Below are positions 36,221-46,177 of a DNA stretch of 46,882 nt, piece by piece. The stretch is taken from IMG/VR virus record IMGVR_UViG_3300031890_000017, positions 1-46,882 of that record. The stretch is one strand, 5' to 3'. The DNA is from a virus. Taxonomy: Duplodnaviria; Caudoviricetes. The translations under genes were made by a program, and so were the position numbers. Under the pieces are notes generated by a model, which was not told where the DNA came from, ran no database searches, and worked only from the letters and a program-made list of their open reading frames with translations. Every line of letters begins with the position of its first letter. The stretch's first letter is position 1.

Positions 36221-39200
36221 CTACGGATTAACGGCAAACAACTTTGCCCAAGTACCTATCACGGCTCCTTCTGTACATTGCACATCATAAAGATAAAATA
36301 AAGAACCATCGGACTGTTGCTTAACATGTGTCTTCATACTATAGATAAAAAAATTCCCGTCGTTAATGCCCATCTCAGGTACATAAATATTCAGCATTTT
36401 CCCAACCTCTAACCCCGTACGTGTTGTCGTAAATGCCCAATCCCGCGCCCTCTGCCCCGTCGATTGTATGGTGCCATACTGCACTACCCTGGCCTGTGCT
36501 AACGCATCAGCCGCCGCTTTAGTATCGCCACCAACAGAATTTCCACTCACGTACCCAGGTAAGGCTTCCGTCTCTTCAACAATCCCTGTCGTGCCATCTA
36601 ACTGCTGTAGCATGGCCTGCTGGTTCGTATCCTGATAGGTAGCTGTATATGGCTCAAGACCAACATAGGTAACATTGACCGTCTCAGCAGTAGACAAAGG
36701 CACCTTCTGCGTGTCCTGTGAAAACGTCGTGCCATTCTGCGTAAAATAAAAATCCTTCCCAGTATCCTGCCCCTGAATACCAAAGGACTTCACCTGACCA
36801 TTCACATTTACCCCCACCACACTTTGCACATTATAGGCCAATGCCCACGATTGCGTCACACCGTCACCCTGCTTGCTTTCAGGCACAACCACCGACTGCG
36901 CAGCCCCAGTGATGTATTGCCGATTGCGATACTTCGGATTATTCTGACTGAGCTTGGGAAGCGGCGCATCCAGCACATCTGAGGTCTGAAGCGGCCAGTT
37001 TGCGTTTTGCGATGTGCGATATAGAAAATAAAATTTTCCTAGCTCGCTACCCTTATTGCCGATCTTCCACCAGCAGTTACTTTGCGTAGCCAAATCATCC
37101 AAACACGCAGAAACTTTTTGCGTATTCTGGTAGTTCGTGGACGAAATAAATTTTCCAGACACAATATCAGCACTCCGCACGGTTGCAGCCATATCAGTCA
37201 CAATAGGCGTCGCAGTCGGGTTGGTCGATGTTAAGATTAACCGCGTGAATACATCTATATTCGTGGTATCGTCACCATATATATACCCATACAGGCTACT
37301 ATACATAGCTGCACCTGGGCCATTCTGGTAGAACCCAAAGGCCGCAGCCTGCAAGAACGGTGTCGTGTCAGTGTACGTTCCCACTATGACACCATCCCAA
37401 TAAATTGTCAGTACACCCGCCATGCAATGCACTTTGACACAATGATAGCTCCCACGCACAAAGCTAATGGGCATGGTCGCAATAAGCGTGGTCTCAAGTG
37501 AGTTCGCACGCTTCGTCAGGCTCATGGTCTGTCTTTTGCCAGTGACCGACGATGTATCATCGTAAATATTTAGGCGGTAGTTATCATTTTCGTCGATGTA
37601 CTTGATAAGCAGACCGCCCTGGTCTGCCTGCGATAGCACTACCTCAATATGCTGATCGACACCCAGCAAGAGCCGCCAGATATACAAGCTATCAGTTCCA
37701 CCTGTAGCTGTGAGTGACCCATTGCTAATCACCCAACTTGCGCCCTGACCTCCTGAATAGATAGCCTGCCCATAATTGCTGACTGTCGTTGGGTCATAAT
37801 AACTATCTTGTATCGGAGTCGTCTGCGTATTGATACCTGCAATGCTATCGCCACTATGCTGAGGCGTCCAACTCTGATTATCCAGCGAGGTATATCCAGC
37901 CACACTCGTATAGTCGGTCGTCACTGCATTCCAGGTAAACGAACTTGACCCAGCCCGCATCGACGACTGTTCCGCAATGCCATACGATTGCCGATACCCC
38001 GACGCACTATATACCCCCACCACATTCCAGTAAATGCCCCTGACCACAGGTGTTGCGTTACTATTCTGGCTGGTCAATGTGAGCCGCGTTAGCAATGTTT
38101 TACTCAGCACATTCGCACCCTGCAAGTTCGGAATAGCCTGCCCTTTCGTAGATGTGCAATCGACGTAGGTCGTACCTCCATCGGTACTCACTTCCATCTT
38201 GAGCGTTGTACTCTTCGGTACATCTGCATCCCAGTCGATAAAACTGTTTAAGACAGTGGATATGCCGTCCAAGTTCTGTGCAGGCGAGACGCGGGTGCCA
38301 GTATTAAAATTTTGCAGACCAAAGTTATCAAAATAGCCACTATGCCTGGCTGTTGTATCTCCATTCCAGAAACGGCACCCGATACCGCCTGCTGCTGAAT
38401 AGGTACTATCGGTTGCGGCAATCACCTGCACATCATCTATATAGCAGATATGGCTATTGCCATTCACCACAAGCACCATGCGATGCCAGTCCCCCGTCGT
38501 ATGCGCAAATGTCCCAGTCGCAATACCCGTATAACTTCCAGAGCTACTATTGCTCCCCCGCCCAAACTGTACTTGCCCCTCCTGCCCTGTCGGTGGGCTA
38601 GTGCCATTATGCGTGAGCAGCATCGAATAGCCGAACGTATTATTGGCATTGCCCCAGTAGGTCGTTCTGTAGACAATCCCACATTGCACCACGTTTTGCT
38701 GATCTACTGGGTCGTCAAACAACACGTCCATTTCAAGTCTGAAGTTCTGCGTGTTCGGTATATTCGTAAGCTGCTGGCGAATGTCGGTACTACCTGCTGT
38801 TCTTAATGACAACGCACGAAACCAGCCAGTCGCAGACGGAGTACCAGCACCCCACGTAGTCTGGTTTGCTGTGATATCCCCGCCCAGCACGTTATCCCAG
38901 GCGAAATAGGTTCCCTGCAACTGCAATCCCACACCAGACGTATATTGAAGCTGTGTTAACGTCCCCGTATTGAGTGTACTGCCTACCTCAGCACGAAACT
39001 GATCTTGCTTCCCAGGCGATTGATAACTGGGATTAACTGCAACCTCACAGCCATCCAGGTACGGAAAAATTTCTGGACTAGGGCCAGCAGCCGCGAGTGT
39101 TTGACGAAGCGTAAGCGTACGGCTCGCCATGCTCATCCCAGGTATAATGTTCGGTATCGGTGCGTGGTTCGTACACGTCTGCCACGATGCCCCGCCATCT

Positions 39201-41305
39201 ATAGAAGACTCAATGAGTACAGGTGGCTGCGACGATGACCCCTGCGTCGCATAGACGCCCGTCGTACTATTGATCTGTTCTTGCTGCCACGACACATAGG
39301 ATGCTTTCGCAATGCCCACGGTGGATATATCATAGACAGGACTGACCCGTTGCCCCGTCGTTTCACATACCTGTACAGGCGTCACCGCAACATTCTTAAA
39401 GCCAGCACTACGCTGTAAAGCAGCAGCTTGCGGGACTCCGCTACTGTAGAACGTTGTCTTGAGTGTACCACTACTTGAGCGTAGATTGATGTTCCTCACA
39501 TAGAACGTATAATTGCCCGACGTATTGCTATCCACCACAAGATAGGCAGATGATAACACACCACTGCCACCGATTAGCTGACTTGGCACAGCAATCTTAC
39601 GGTAGTACCACTGGTCATTCGCAAAGCCTGTGAGATCGACATTCGGGCCAACTCCGATACCATTCTGATCTAGGGCTGTATAGCCACCAGCAGCACTACT
39701 TGAAAACATGTACCAGGACGGGTATGCCTGAAAATCCACACACCCCATGATCTTTGCGCTGGTGCTGCTAATCCAGATCGAATATTCAATATAATCACCA
39801 GAAGCCAATGTTGCTGAATTTGCAGCTTGGAATTTCCAGTAGGCGTACAGATGCGCTGTGGCTGCTAACTGGCACTGGCCTGTAAACTTGAGCGCACCAT
39901 ATTGATTGAGTGTTAACCGTGGCTGGTTCGTTATCAAGTTCGTACTGGTGCCTGTACCCCACTGGTTTGCTGAATTTTCAACGACATCTTTTTCAACCCC
40001 AGCGAGAGCTAACTGTAACGTCCCACTTGACGCATCAACATTGTTCATAACAGCGTTAGAAAAACTGGGCTGGTCATATGCATGATCTGACGAGTACGAA
40101 CCAGTGACCCCTTCAGGCACCAGATAATTCGTCAAAATAAAATCTGCTGCATCCCCTGCCTGTACCCCTGAAAAATTTTTGCTTGTAAAGATACGCTTAT
40201 CGGCAACATACCGCCAATCCTTACACGTGATTGTATGTAAGCGCGTGACTGAAGGCATGAGCCTGTTCATGTCAATGCTCTCAATAAAGCCAGAAAATTT
40301 TAGCACTCCATCAGCCCATATCTGTACCTCTTCATCCTCTTGGAGTAGATACACCACGTTATCTGGTACGGTAAACGTCGCTGTACAGCGTTGCCCCGAC
40401 TGCTCATCTGTTGAAATACTATCCAACGAAATAGGTACAACCGTACTCCCACAGACAACCCATAACCCACTGGTCGCTGGTCTAGGAAAATCCCCAAACG
40501 GCATCCGTCCCATACCATTGCGCGTGCGCTGATGCGCTGCTACGTTCTGCACATACAGGCGTCCCGTCGAATTACGGTGTATCTTCGTGCCTGGCCGCAC
40601 CCGCATACGCCCAGCAGCATTAAGCGTTGTAACGGGCTGCGTTCCATAGAAACGGTCATACGTAACGCTCCCATTAATCGGCGGATTGCCCAGCAGCCCC
40701 ATCCGTCCAGCAGCATTAATGTCCTGATACCCAAGTGTTGCCAGGTCATAGACACCAGACCATGCAACAGGCTCACCACTCCCATACCCAATCCAGGCTT
40801 TCACATAATGCTTTGTGCCAATCATACGCCAACGCAACGATACCCACTGGTTCGTAGGCAGTGTAAAGCCAATCGGTACTTGAATATACCAATCATTATT
40901 CGAATTCGTGAATGACCCGTACAGCAGCATGTAGTTCGTCCACGACGGCGAAAAATAACACTGAAAATAATTATTTACGTCTTGGAGACGCGCCGTCAAC
41001 CCCATACCACCTTCGTTTGAGACATCTGCACGCAGCACTGTAAAGAGTTCGATATCTCTCACCGTGAACCCATTTAATAACATCACCGTTGGATTGCCAC
41101 CACCTGAACCACATGACTGCTTCGCATAATTCCCCACCACTGACGGTGTATTGACGCCAAATCCCACATACCATGACCCGCCAATCGGGGCTGTCCCCCA
41201 CCCATTCGAGATATCAGGCGTGCGAAAAAAATCGTCTTGCGCATAATACGAGGTTGTGTATGGCGTTGGAGCTAACTGAACCTCTGGTGCTGTTTTAATT
41301 GGCAT
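36221..41305 (-). CDS. large tail tip/hub protein with inserted lectin-like domains (1694 aa)
   Basis: directly after the tape measure gene; hub-like TATFTV…EEVQI..DG..FSGFI segment; ConA-like beta-sandwich inserts. Confidence 0.75.
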   Translation of the reverse strand: MPIKTAPEVQLAPTPYTTSYYAQDDFFRTPDISNGWGTAPIGGSWYVGFGVNTPSVVGNYAKQSCGSGGGNPTVMLLNGFTVRDIELFTVLRADVSNEGGMGLTARLQDVNNYFQCYFSPSWTNYMLLYGSFTNSNNDWYIQVPIGFTLPTNQWVSLRWRMIGTKHYVKAWIGYGSGEPVAWSGVYDLATLGYQDINAAGRMGLLGNPPINGSVTYDRFYGTQPVTTLNAAGRMRVRPGTKIHRNSTGRLYVQNVAAHQRTRNGMGRMPFGDFPRPATSGLWVVCGSTVVPISLDSISTDEQSGQRCTATFTVPDNVVYLLQEDEEVQIWADGVLKFSGFIESIDMNRLMPSVTRLHTITCKDWRYVADKRIFTSKNFSGVQAGDAADFILTNYLVPEGVTGSYSSDHAYDQPSFSNAVMNNVDASSGTLQLALAGVEKDVVENSANQWGTGTSTNLITNQPRLTLNQYGALKFTGQCQLAATAHLYAYWKFQAANSATLASGDYIEYSIWISSTSAKIMGCVDFQAYPSWYMFSSSAAGGYTALDQNGIGVGPNVDLTGFANDQWYYRKIAVPSQLIGGSGVLSSAYLVVDSNTSGNYTFYVRNINLRSSSGTLKTTFYSSGVPQAAALQRSAGFKNVAVTPVQVCETTGQRVSPVYDISTVGIAKASYVSWQQEQINSTTGVYATQGSSSQPPVLIESSIDGGASWQTCTNHAPIPNIIPGMSMASRTLTLRQTLAAAGPSPEIFPYLDGCEVAVNPSYQSPGKQDQFRAEVGSTLNTGTLTQLQYTSGVGLQLQGTYFAWDNVLGGDITANQTTWGAGTPSATGWFRALSLRTAGSTDIRQQLTNIPNTQNFRLEMDVLFDDPVDQQNVVQCGIVYRTTYWGNANNTFGYSMLLTHNGTSPPTGQEGQVQFGRGSNSSSGSYTGIATGTFAHTTGDWHRMVLVVNGNSHICYIDDVQVIAATDSTYSAAGGIGCRFWNGDTTARHSGYFDNFGLQNFNTGTRVSPAQNLDGISTVLNSFIDWDADVPKSTTLKMEVSTDGGTTYVDCTSTKGQAIPNLQGANVLSKTLLTRLTLTSQNSNATPVVRGIYWNVVGVYSASGYRQSYGIAEQSSMRAGSSSFTWNAVTTDYTSVAGYTSLDNQSWTPQHSGDSIAGINTQTTPIQDSYYDPTTVSNYGQAIYSGGQGASWVISNGSLTATGGTDSLYIWRLLLGVDQHIEVVLSQADQGGLLIKYIDENDNYRLNIYDDTSSVTGKRQTMSLTKRANSLETTLIATMPISFVRGSYHCVKVHCMAGVLTIYWDGVIVGTYTDTTPFLQAAAFGFYQNGPGAAMYSSLYGYIYGDDTTNIDVFTRLILTSTNPTATPIVTDMAATVRSADIVSGKFISSTNYQNTQKVSACLDDLATQSNCWWKIGNKGSELGKFYFLYRTSQNANWPLQTSDVLDAPLPKLSQNNPKYRNRQYITGAAQSVVVPESKQGDGVTQSWALAYNVQSVVGVNVNGQVKSFGIQGQDTGKDFYFTQNGTTFSQDTQKVPLSTAETVNVTYVGLEPYTATYQDTNQQAMLQQLDGTTGIVEETEALPGYVSGNSVGGDTKAAADALAQARVVQYGTIQSTGQRARDWAFTTTRTGLEVGKMLNIYVPEMGINDGNFFIYSMKTHVKQQSDGSLFYLYDVQCTEGAVIGTWAKLFAVNP

Positions 41306-43551
41306 TATCTCACACCTAGCTGAAGTCTGATTTCAGAGGCCATATGACTGCCGAGTGCTTTGGCAATATCACGGCCATCAACTTGTAGGACAATGGTTTG
41401 CCCGCCCATACCAGTCGGATTAAATGCTGACCCACGGCCAGATGTCAGGGCTGCGGTACTCGACGAACTTAAAACCGAACTCCCACTGGGCAAGAACAAG
41501 AGTTCTGGGCCACTTTCACCCACCATTGCTAATCCACCACCATAATTAATAACCCCACCTGCGAACCCAGGTACATGCAAGGCGTGAGCAGCATTGCCAA
41601 CATTAGACATTGCGCCCTGAATACCAGAGACAGCACCCTGCAACCCACCTATAGCACCCTGTATCCCGCCAATAATGCTATGAATAATATTGCTTGCTGC
41701 CTGAAACGGAGCGGTCATAGCATCAATTATTGAGTTACCTATCCCACGTATAAACGAGATAATATTATTCAGAGCGGTACGAATTGGCTCAGGAAACATA
41801 TTAGCAAATGCTCGCAATGCGCCCATGATTGAGTCCCACACAGAGCGGAAAAATGCTTCGATTGCGTACATATTGCCTGTGATTAGCCCATGCACTAACA
41901 GCAGCCAGTTATTCACAATATCGCGTATCAGATTAGCTGCGATAGCAAATACACGTTGGATGTCGTTCCAGATCGTGGTTAGAAAATCCTTGATCTGCGT
42001 CCAGTGCGAGATAATAAACGCCACGATTAAGACGGTCGGGCCAAATATGACAGTGGCGATTGCCAGAAAAATTTCTTTGGCATGATCGCGCAGAAAATTC
42101 CAGACATTGGTAGCGAAATTTTTTATATCATTCCATTTTTCAATGAAAAAATTTGCCAGATCATTGACTTTAGAATTAAACCATGACACAAAGCTATTCC
42201 AGGTATCGGTTAGCCACTTCACAAAATCACCCCACCAGGCTTGCACCTTCTTCCACTGGTCGATCAGCCAGGCCGATATCTGACCCCAGTGCGTGACGAT
42301 TAAAATCACCAGTCCAACCACAGCAATCACAATTAAAATCACGGCAATCACAGGTAGCATAGATGCATCCAACGCGAGATTAGCAGTCACTTGCGCCCAC
42401 GTCTCCGCTATCCAACCAGTGATAGGCTCAATTAAGCCCATTATTCCTTCAGCAAGTTTGGCAAACATCTCTATTTTCATGAGTGCCTGCCACGCCGCCC
42501 ATACTGCTGTGAGCATAATGATGCCCGCGATGACTTGCTGCACTGGCCCAGGTAGCTGCGCAAACAGACCCAGCAAAAATCCCAGGATGCCGAACACCAC
42601 GCCCAGCACAGGCGTCAACACTTTTAAGGCCACTACTAAATCCTCACCAATGGCCTTGACAAATGCCTGTACCCCAGGGCTTTCCATCACAGTCACTAAT
42701 TGCTTGAACAGATCGGCCAGGGCGGGTAGCAATGGCGAGGCAGCAGACTTCAATAAATTTTCAAATTTTTCTTTGGCCTCATTCATAGCCCCTGAAAATG
42801 TTTCAGCGTTCTTCGCCAGTCTGGGGCCAAATTTATCGTTCATCCCAGCAACCAGATCATCAACAACCTTACTGGCATCAACGGTATGATGCTTCACCAT
42901 GTCCATTGCTTGTGGCACGGTTACGCCCAGCTTATTCGCTAAAATGTCCCAGGCTGGAATACCCTGACGCACCAGCATATTCATATTGCCCACTGAAACT
43001 TGCCCCGACTCCTTCATACGGTCTAACTGGTTAACGATAGCACCAACATTACTGGACGAGCCACCCAGCGTAAAGACAGCCGCACCTACAGCATCAATCG
43101 TCTTGCGAGCTTGTTCTGAGCTATAGCCCATCGCCAACATTTTATCTTCGGTATTTGCCAACCCACCGATATCCCAGCCTGTGGAGCCAAACGTTTCTTT
43201 AAGGTTACTAATATTTTCCTGCGTGGTCTGTGCATTGCCTGTAAAGACATCCATATTATCGGTCATCTGCTGCATATTGCTGGCAGCGTCAATAGCGTCT
43301 TTACCCAGGTCTAACAGATGCTCACCAATAGTCAAAATCGTCTCGGCCATGATCGCACCAACCGCCACACTCTCACTCATAGAATTATTGAGTTCGTCAT
43401 CTCCACCAGCAGCCGTATTCATCGCATCAGCAGAGGTCTGAAGCTGGTTTGTCAGATTATTGACAGCATCAATCGCCTGGCTTATCCCATTCGTTAAGTC
43501 AGTGACATCAGCCCCCAGCATCACCATTGCTTCGTATAATGTGTCAGCCAA
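41305..43551 (-). CDS. tail tape measure protein (748 aa)
   Basis: tape-measure domain (QLDRMKESGQV…GIPAWDILA…G…FSGA), hydrophobic segments, 11-residue W/F periodicity, C-terminal FAGG…VGESGPEL. Confidence 0.92.
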   Translation of the reverse strand: MADTLYEAMVMLGADVTDLTNGISQAIDAVNNLTNQLQTSADAMNTAAGGDDELNNSMSESVAVGAIMAETILTIGEHLLDLGKDAIDAASNMQQMTDNMDVFTGNAQTTQENISNLKETFGSTGWDIGGLANTEDKMLAMGYSSEQARKTIDAVGAAVFTLGGSSSNVGAIVNQLDRMKESGQVSVGNMNMLVRQGIPAWDILANKLGVTVPQAMDMVKHHTVDASKVVDDLVAGMNDKFGPRLAKNAETFSGAMNEAKEKFENLLKSAASPLLPALADLFKQLVTVMESPGVQAFVKAIGEDLVVALKVLTPVLGVVFGILGFLLGLFAQLPGPVQQVIAGIIMLTAVWAAWQALMKIEMFAKLAEGIMGLIEPITGWIAETWAQVTANLALDASMLPVIAVILIVIAVVGLVILIVTHWGQISAWLIDQWKKVQAWWGDFVKWLTDTWNSFVSWFNSKVNDLANFFIEKWNDIKNFATNVWNFLRDHAKEIFLAIATVIFGPTVLIVAFIISHWTQIKDFLTTIWNDIQRVFAIAANLIRDIVNNWLLLVHGLITGNMYAIEAFFRSVWDSIMGALRAFANMFPEPIRTALNNIISFIRGIGNSIIDAMTAPFQAASNIIHSIIGGIQGAIGGLQGAVSGIQGAMSNVGNAAHALHVPGFAGGVINYGGGLAMVGESGPELLFLPSGSSVLSSSSTAALTSGRGSAFNPTGMGGQTIVLQVDGRDIAKALGSHMASEIRLQLGVR

Positions 43552-43560
43552 GATATACCC

Positions 43561-43605
43561 CTACTATAAACATATAGGAATAAATACCCATTTTATGCAC
43601 CACTT
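43561..43605 (-). promoter_or_regulatory. phage promoter motif, copy 5
   Basis: AAGTGGTGCATAAAA-N12-CCTATATGTTTATAGTAG, immediately upstream of the tape measure gene. Confidence 0.75.
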
Positions 43606-43794
43606 AGCGATGACCTTCCCTGGCTTTCTGAATAACCTCTTCTTCTTTTTCTGCGCGATATGCTAAAAATGCCATCCATTCTGTAAGCTCATAGCTACTC
43701 ATCTTGGACAGCATTTCACGTACCGTCATCTTTAGCTCGGATGCGATTATAAAGTACCAGAGCCGTTCAGATCGCTCATCTGTAAATTTTTTTT
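43604..43794 (-). CDS. tail assembly chaperone C-terminal (gpT-like) segment read by a -1 frameshift
   Basis: after the A8 slippery run, the -1 frame reads KKFTDERSERLWYFIIASELKMTVREMLSKMSSYELTEWMAFLAY…, typical of gpGT extensions. Confidence 0.8.
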
Positions 43795-44280
43795 AATGTC
43801 TGCCTGCGCTTTTTGATCTATACCAGACAGCCTGGCAGCCGTCATCGCAATGCGTTCGATGACCCCGCCTGCTTTTTCATTCAGCATATCCCTATCGGCT
43901 GGCTTAAAAATAAGTTTGCGAGTCTTCGGATGATAACAGGACATAATCACGAAATCAGGATAGAGCTTCACCAGGTCAGGAACCCCGCCCTTACCAATAG
44001 AATTTTGCAGCACCATACTACGCTGCTTGGCCGTCATGCCACGGACTAAAATACGCATCTTCCATTCAGGTACATCTATAAACTGCTCAGGAATATCCTG
44101 TACCGTAAAGATAGCCTGCCGCATGTCCTCAGCTTCAGCGTACTCTTCCCACTGCACAGGCTGGGCATCTTCAACTACTGCCTCTTCGGTGCCTAATTCT
44201 TCAAGCACCATATCTTGTTGATTGTCCTGGTCGAACTCAATTTGCGTCATCTTAATGCGATGCCTATTTCGGTGTCCCAC
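43747..44280 (-). CDS. tail assembly chaperone (gpG-like)
   Basis: VPEW…VRGMTAKQR…IF…D…LSG…KKN; lies between tail tube and tape measure genes. Confidence 0.85.
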   Translation of the reverse strand: MGHRNRHRIKMTQIEFDQDNQQDMVLEELGTEEAVVEDAQPVQWEEYAEAEDMRQAIFTVQDIPEQFIDVPEWKMRILVRGMTAKQRSMVLQNSIGKGGVPDLVKLYPDFVIMSCYHPKTRKLIFKPADRDMLNEKAGGVIERIAMTAARLSGIDQKAQADIKKNLQMSDLNGSGTL

Positions 44281-44283
44281 CCG

Positions 44284-44925
44284 CTAGAAACTCGCATAAT
44301 AATGCACCTCATCTGAGGCTGTGAAATCTATATCCTGCGTCACGACACTGGTAGAACTCGACTTTGGAGCAACCCCAGTGATAACCCCAAAGCATGACCA
44401 GCGTCCTTGATTAGCCGTATAGTCAGTGTACAGGTCAAAGGCCATGATACTTGCTAATTGCAACTCAAAAAAATTATCGACCATAAACCCAGTTAATTTT
44501 CCTGTCGCTGTCTTATCGACAGGCGTGAATACTTTCCACTGGTTCTGAAAGCTGGTCGTATCCACCGTGCCGCTTGAGATCGTCAGTTCCCAGGTATCAC
44601 AATCACCCAGGCGTGAGGTATTAAAATAATTTCCGCTATTAATCCTCACCTGATCGTTCAGCCCAACAACTCTCGCGGTATTGAACTGGATAATGCCACT
44701 TGACCAAAACATCTGGTAGTCAGTCACCACATTCCACGTGACACCATCGCCGCTACATTGCACGACAAACGCGGTCATCTTATCAAAGAACCGATGTATG
44801 GATGCCTGATAACTGGTCAGCGTCGGCGGGCCAGGCAAAGCCGTACACGGTTCAGGCACAGACAACGCGAGAGACGGTGCTGCTGCCACCCATACATCTG
44901 CTTTCCAGCCGCTTATTGTAGCCAA
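44284..44925 (-). CDS. second tail tube protein paralog with an inserted domain
   Basis: shares WELTI…VDTT.FQ…WK.FTP..KT.TGK with 44961-45344. Confidence 0.75.
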   Translation of the reverse strand: MATISGWKADVWVAAAPSLALSVPEPCTALPGPPTLTSYQASIHRFFDKMTAFVVQCSGDGVTWNVVTDYQMFWSSGIIQFNTARVVGLNDQVRINSGNYFNTSRLGDCDTWELTISSGTVDTTSFQNQWKVFTPVDKTATGKLTGFMVDNFFELQLASIMAFDLYTDYTANQGRWSCFGVITGVAPKSSSTSVVTQDIDFTASDEVHYYASF

Positions 44926-44960
44926 AAATTTTCTTCACAGACGCCCCACCTGAAAAAAAT

Positions 44961-45344
44961 TTACGAATACGTGAGTGCTGCCGCGCCCTGAAAGTCAAAT
45001 TCGTTTGTTACGACATTATTGGCATCGGCTTTCGGATGCAGGCCATTCAGGATAGCTGTACCCGTCCATTGATGCGTCCCATCCACCATAAACGTCATCG
45101 TCACGACTGTACCCAGGGCGTTGATTAAAGCCACCTGCCCCAGCGTATCCGTGCTATCATGCCGACCCGTCGCTTTGCCCGTCCACGTCTTGACCGTAGG
45201 CGTAAATTGCTTCCACGCGCCAGCCGACTGAAACGGTGTCGTGTCCACATGGTCGCCAGTGATCGTGAGTTCCCACGTGCCTAAATTAGCAACCACCTGC
45301 GTCCCCATCTTGACCGAACCGCCCTGGCCTGATATGGCCGCCAT
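44961..45344 (-). CDS. major tail tube protein
   Basis: WELTITGDHVDTT…WKQF.PTVKTWTG…FDFQG pattern of siphovirus tube proteins; gene position. Confidence 0.8.
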   Translation of the reverse strand: MAAISGQGGSVKMGTQVVANLGTWELTITGDHVDTTPFQSAGAWKQFTPTVKTWTGKATGRHDSTDTLGQVALINALGTVVTMTFMVDGTHQWTGTAILNGLHPKADANNVVTNEFDFQGAAALTYS

Positions 45345-45360
45345 AGCTTACTCGCAAGTT

Positions 45361-45783
45361 CTATCCCACCTGCAAGACAAACGGTTCAAACAATCCACGC
45401 AACCTAGCTATCACGTGCCTGATCTGCGCAGCATCATCTATCATGGTCGTTGCCCACTCTACGTCCATATCGACATTCGTAAAGCTGGGCATATTTTTTA
45501 ATTCGACATTGTTAAACAGGCGATAAATACAATCCAGCACATTGAACTGCACATCACCACTATTGACCGCCGACCAGATATCCAACGACAGCGTACAGCT
45601 AAAGGCGTTCATATGAAACTGGTTCCACTGGGTCTGTATCTTCGTGCCATACGTGAGATAAGGCAGACAGGCGTCAGACGGCGCATAATCGTACGTGCCA
45701 GTTAGATAGGTCATGATCTCTTCATCTGACTCTATCCTGGCCTTGACCCCCACCTGCATTTCTTCCATTGCGTTGTACGACAC
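45361..45783 (-). CDS. tail terminator/completion protein (DUF3168-like); start uncertain
   Basis: YD.AP….PYLTYG…LDIWS…RH motif; gene position. Confidence 0.8.
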   Translation of the reverse strand: MSYNAMEEMQVGVKARIESDEEIMTYLTGTYDYAPSDACLPYLTYGTKIQTQWNQFHMNAFSCTLSLDIWSAVNSGDVQFNVLDCIYRLFNNVELKNMPSFTNVDMDVEWATTMIDDAAQIRHVIARLRGLFEPFVLQVG

Positions 45784-45802
45784 ACCATAGCCCTTGTCCC
45801 AC

Positions 45803-46177
45803 CTATGCTGCTGACCCTGAACCAATGAATGATAAAAGATCGACCAAGCGTACTGCTCCATACTTGATACCTGGCGTCATGAACGGCTGCGCCGACATCT
45901 TATAGGTACCTAACTCAACGTAGATAGCGTAGGTTGCATCGTTATACAATGCCACACGTTGCACATTGCCACCTTGCTCCACCCACTGTATCTGAATACG
46001 CGACTGAAGATACCCCGTATCAACTGGACACAGTTCTTGCGCCACCTCCTGGCTATCTAGGATAGCTGCAAAGAGTGCGTTCGTCACGTCATCTTTAAGT
46101 TCGTCACCCTTGCTTTGGATAATCCCTGGCAATTGCTGAAAGCCCACAAGCTGCATCGTGATACGCATTACTGGCAC
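45803..46177 (-). CDS. HK97 gp10-like protein
   Basis: PVDTGYLQSRI…YAIYVELGT.KMSAQPFMTP. Confidence 0.9.
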   Translation of the reverse strand: MPVMRITMQLVGFQQLPGIIQSKGDELKDDVTNALFAAILDSQEVAQELCPVDTGYLQSRIQIQWVEQGGNVQRVALYNDATYAIYVELGTYKMSAQPFMTPGIKYGAVRLVDLLSFIGSGSAA

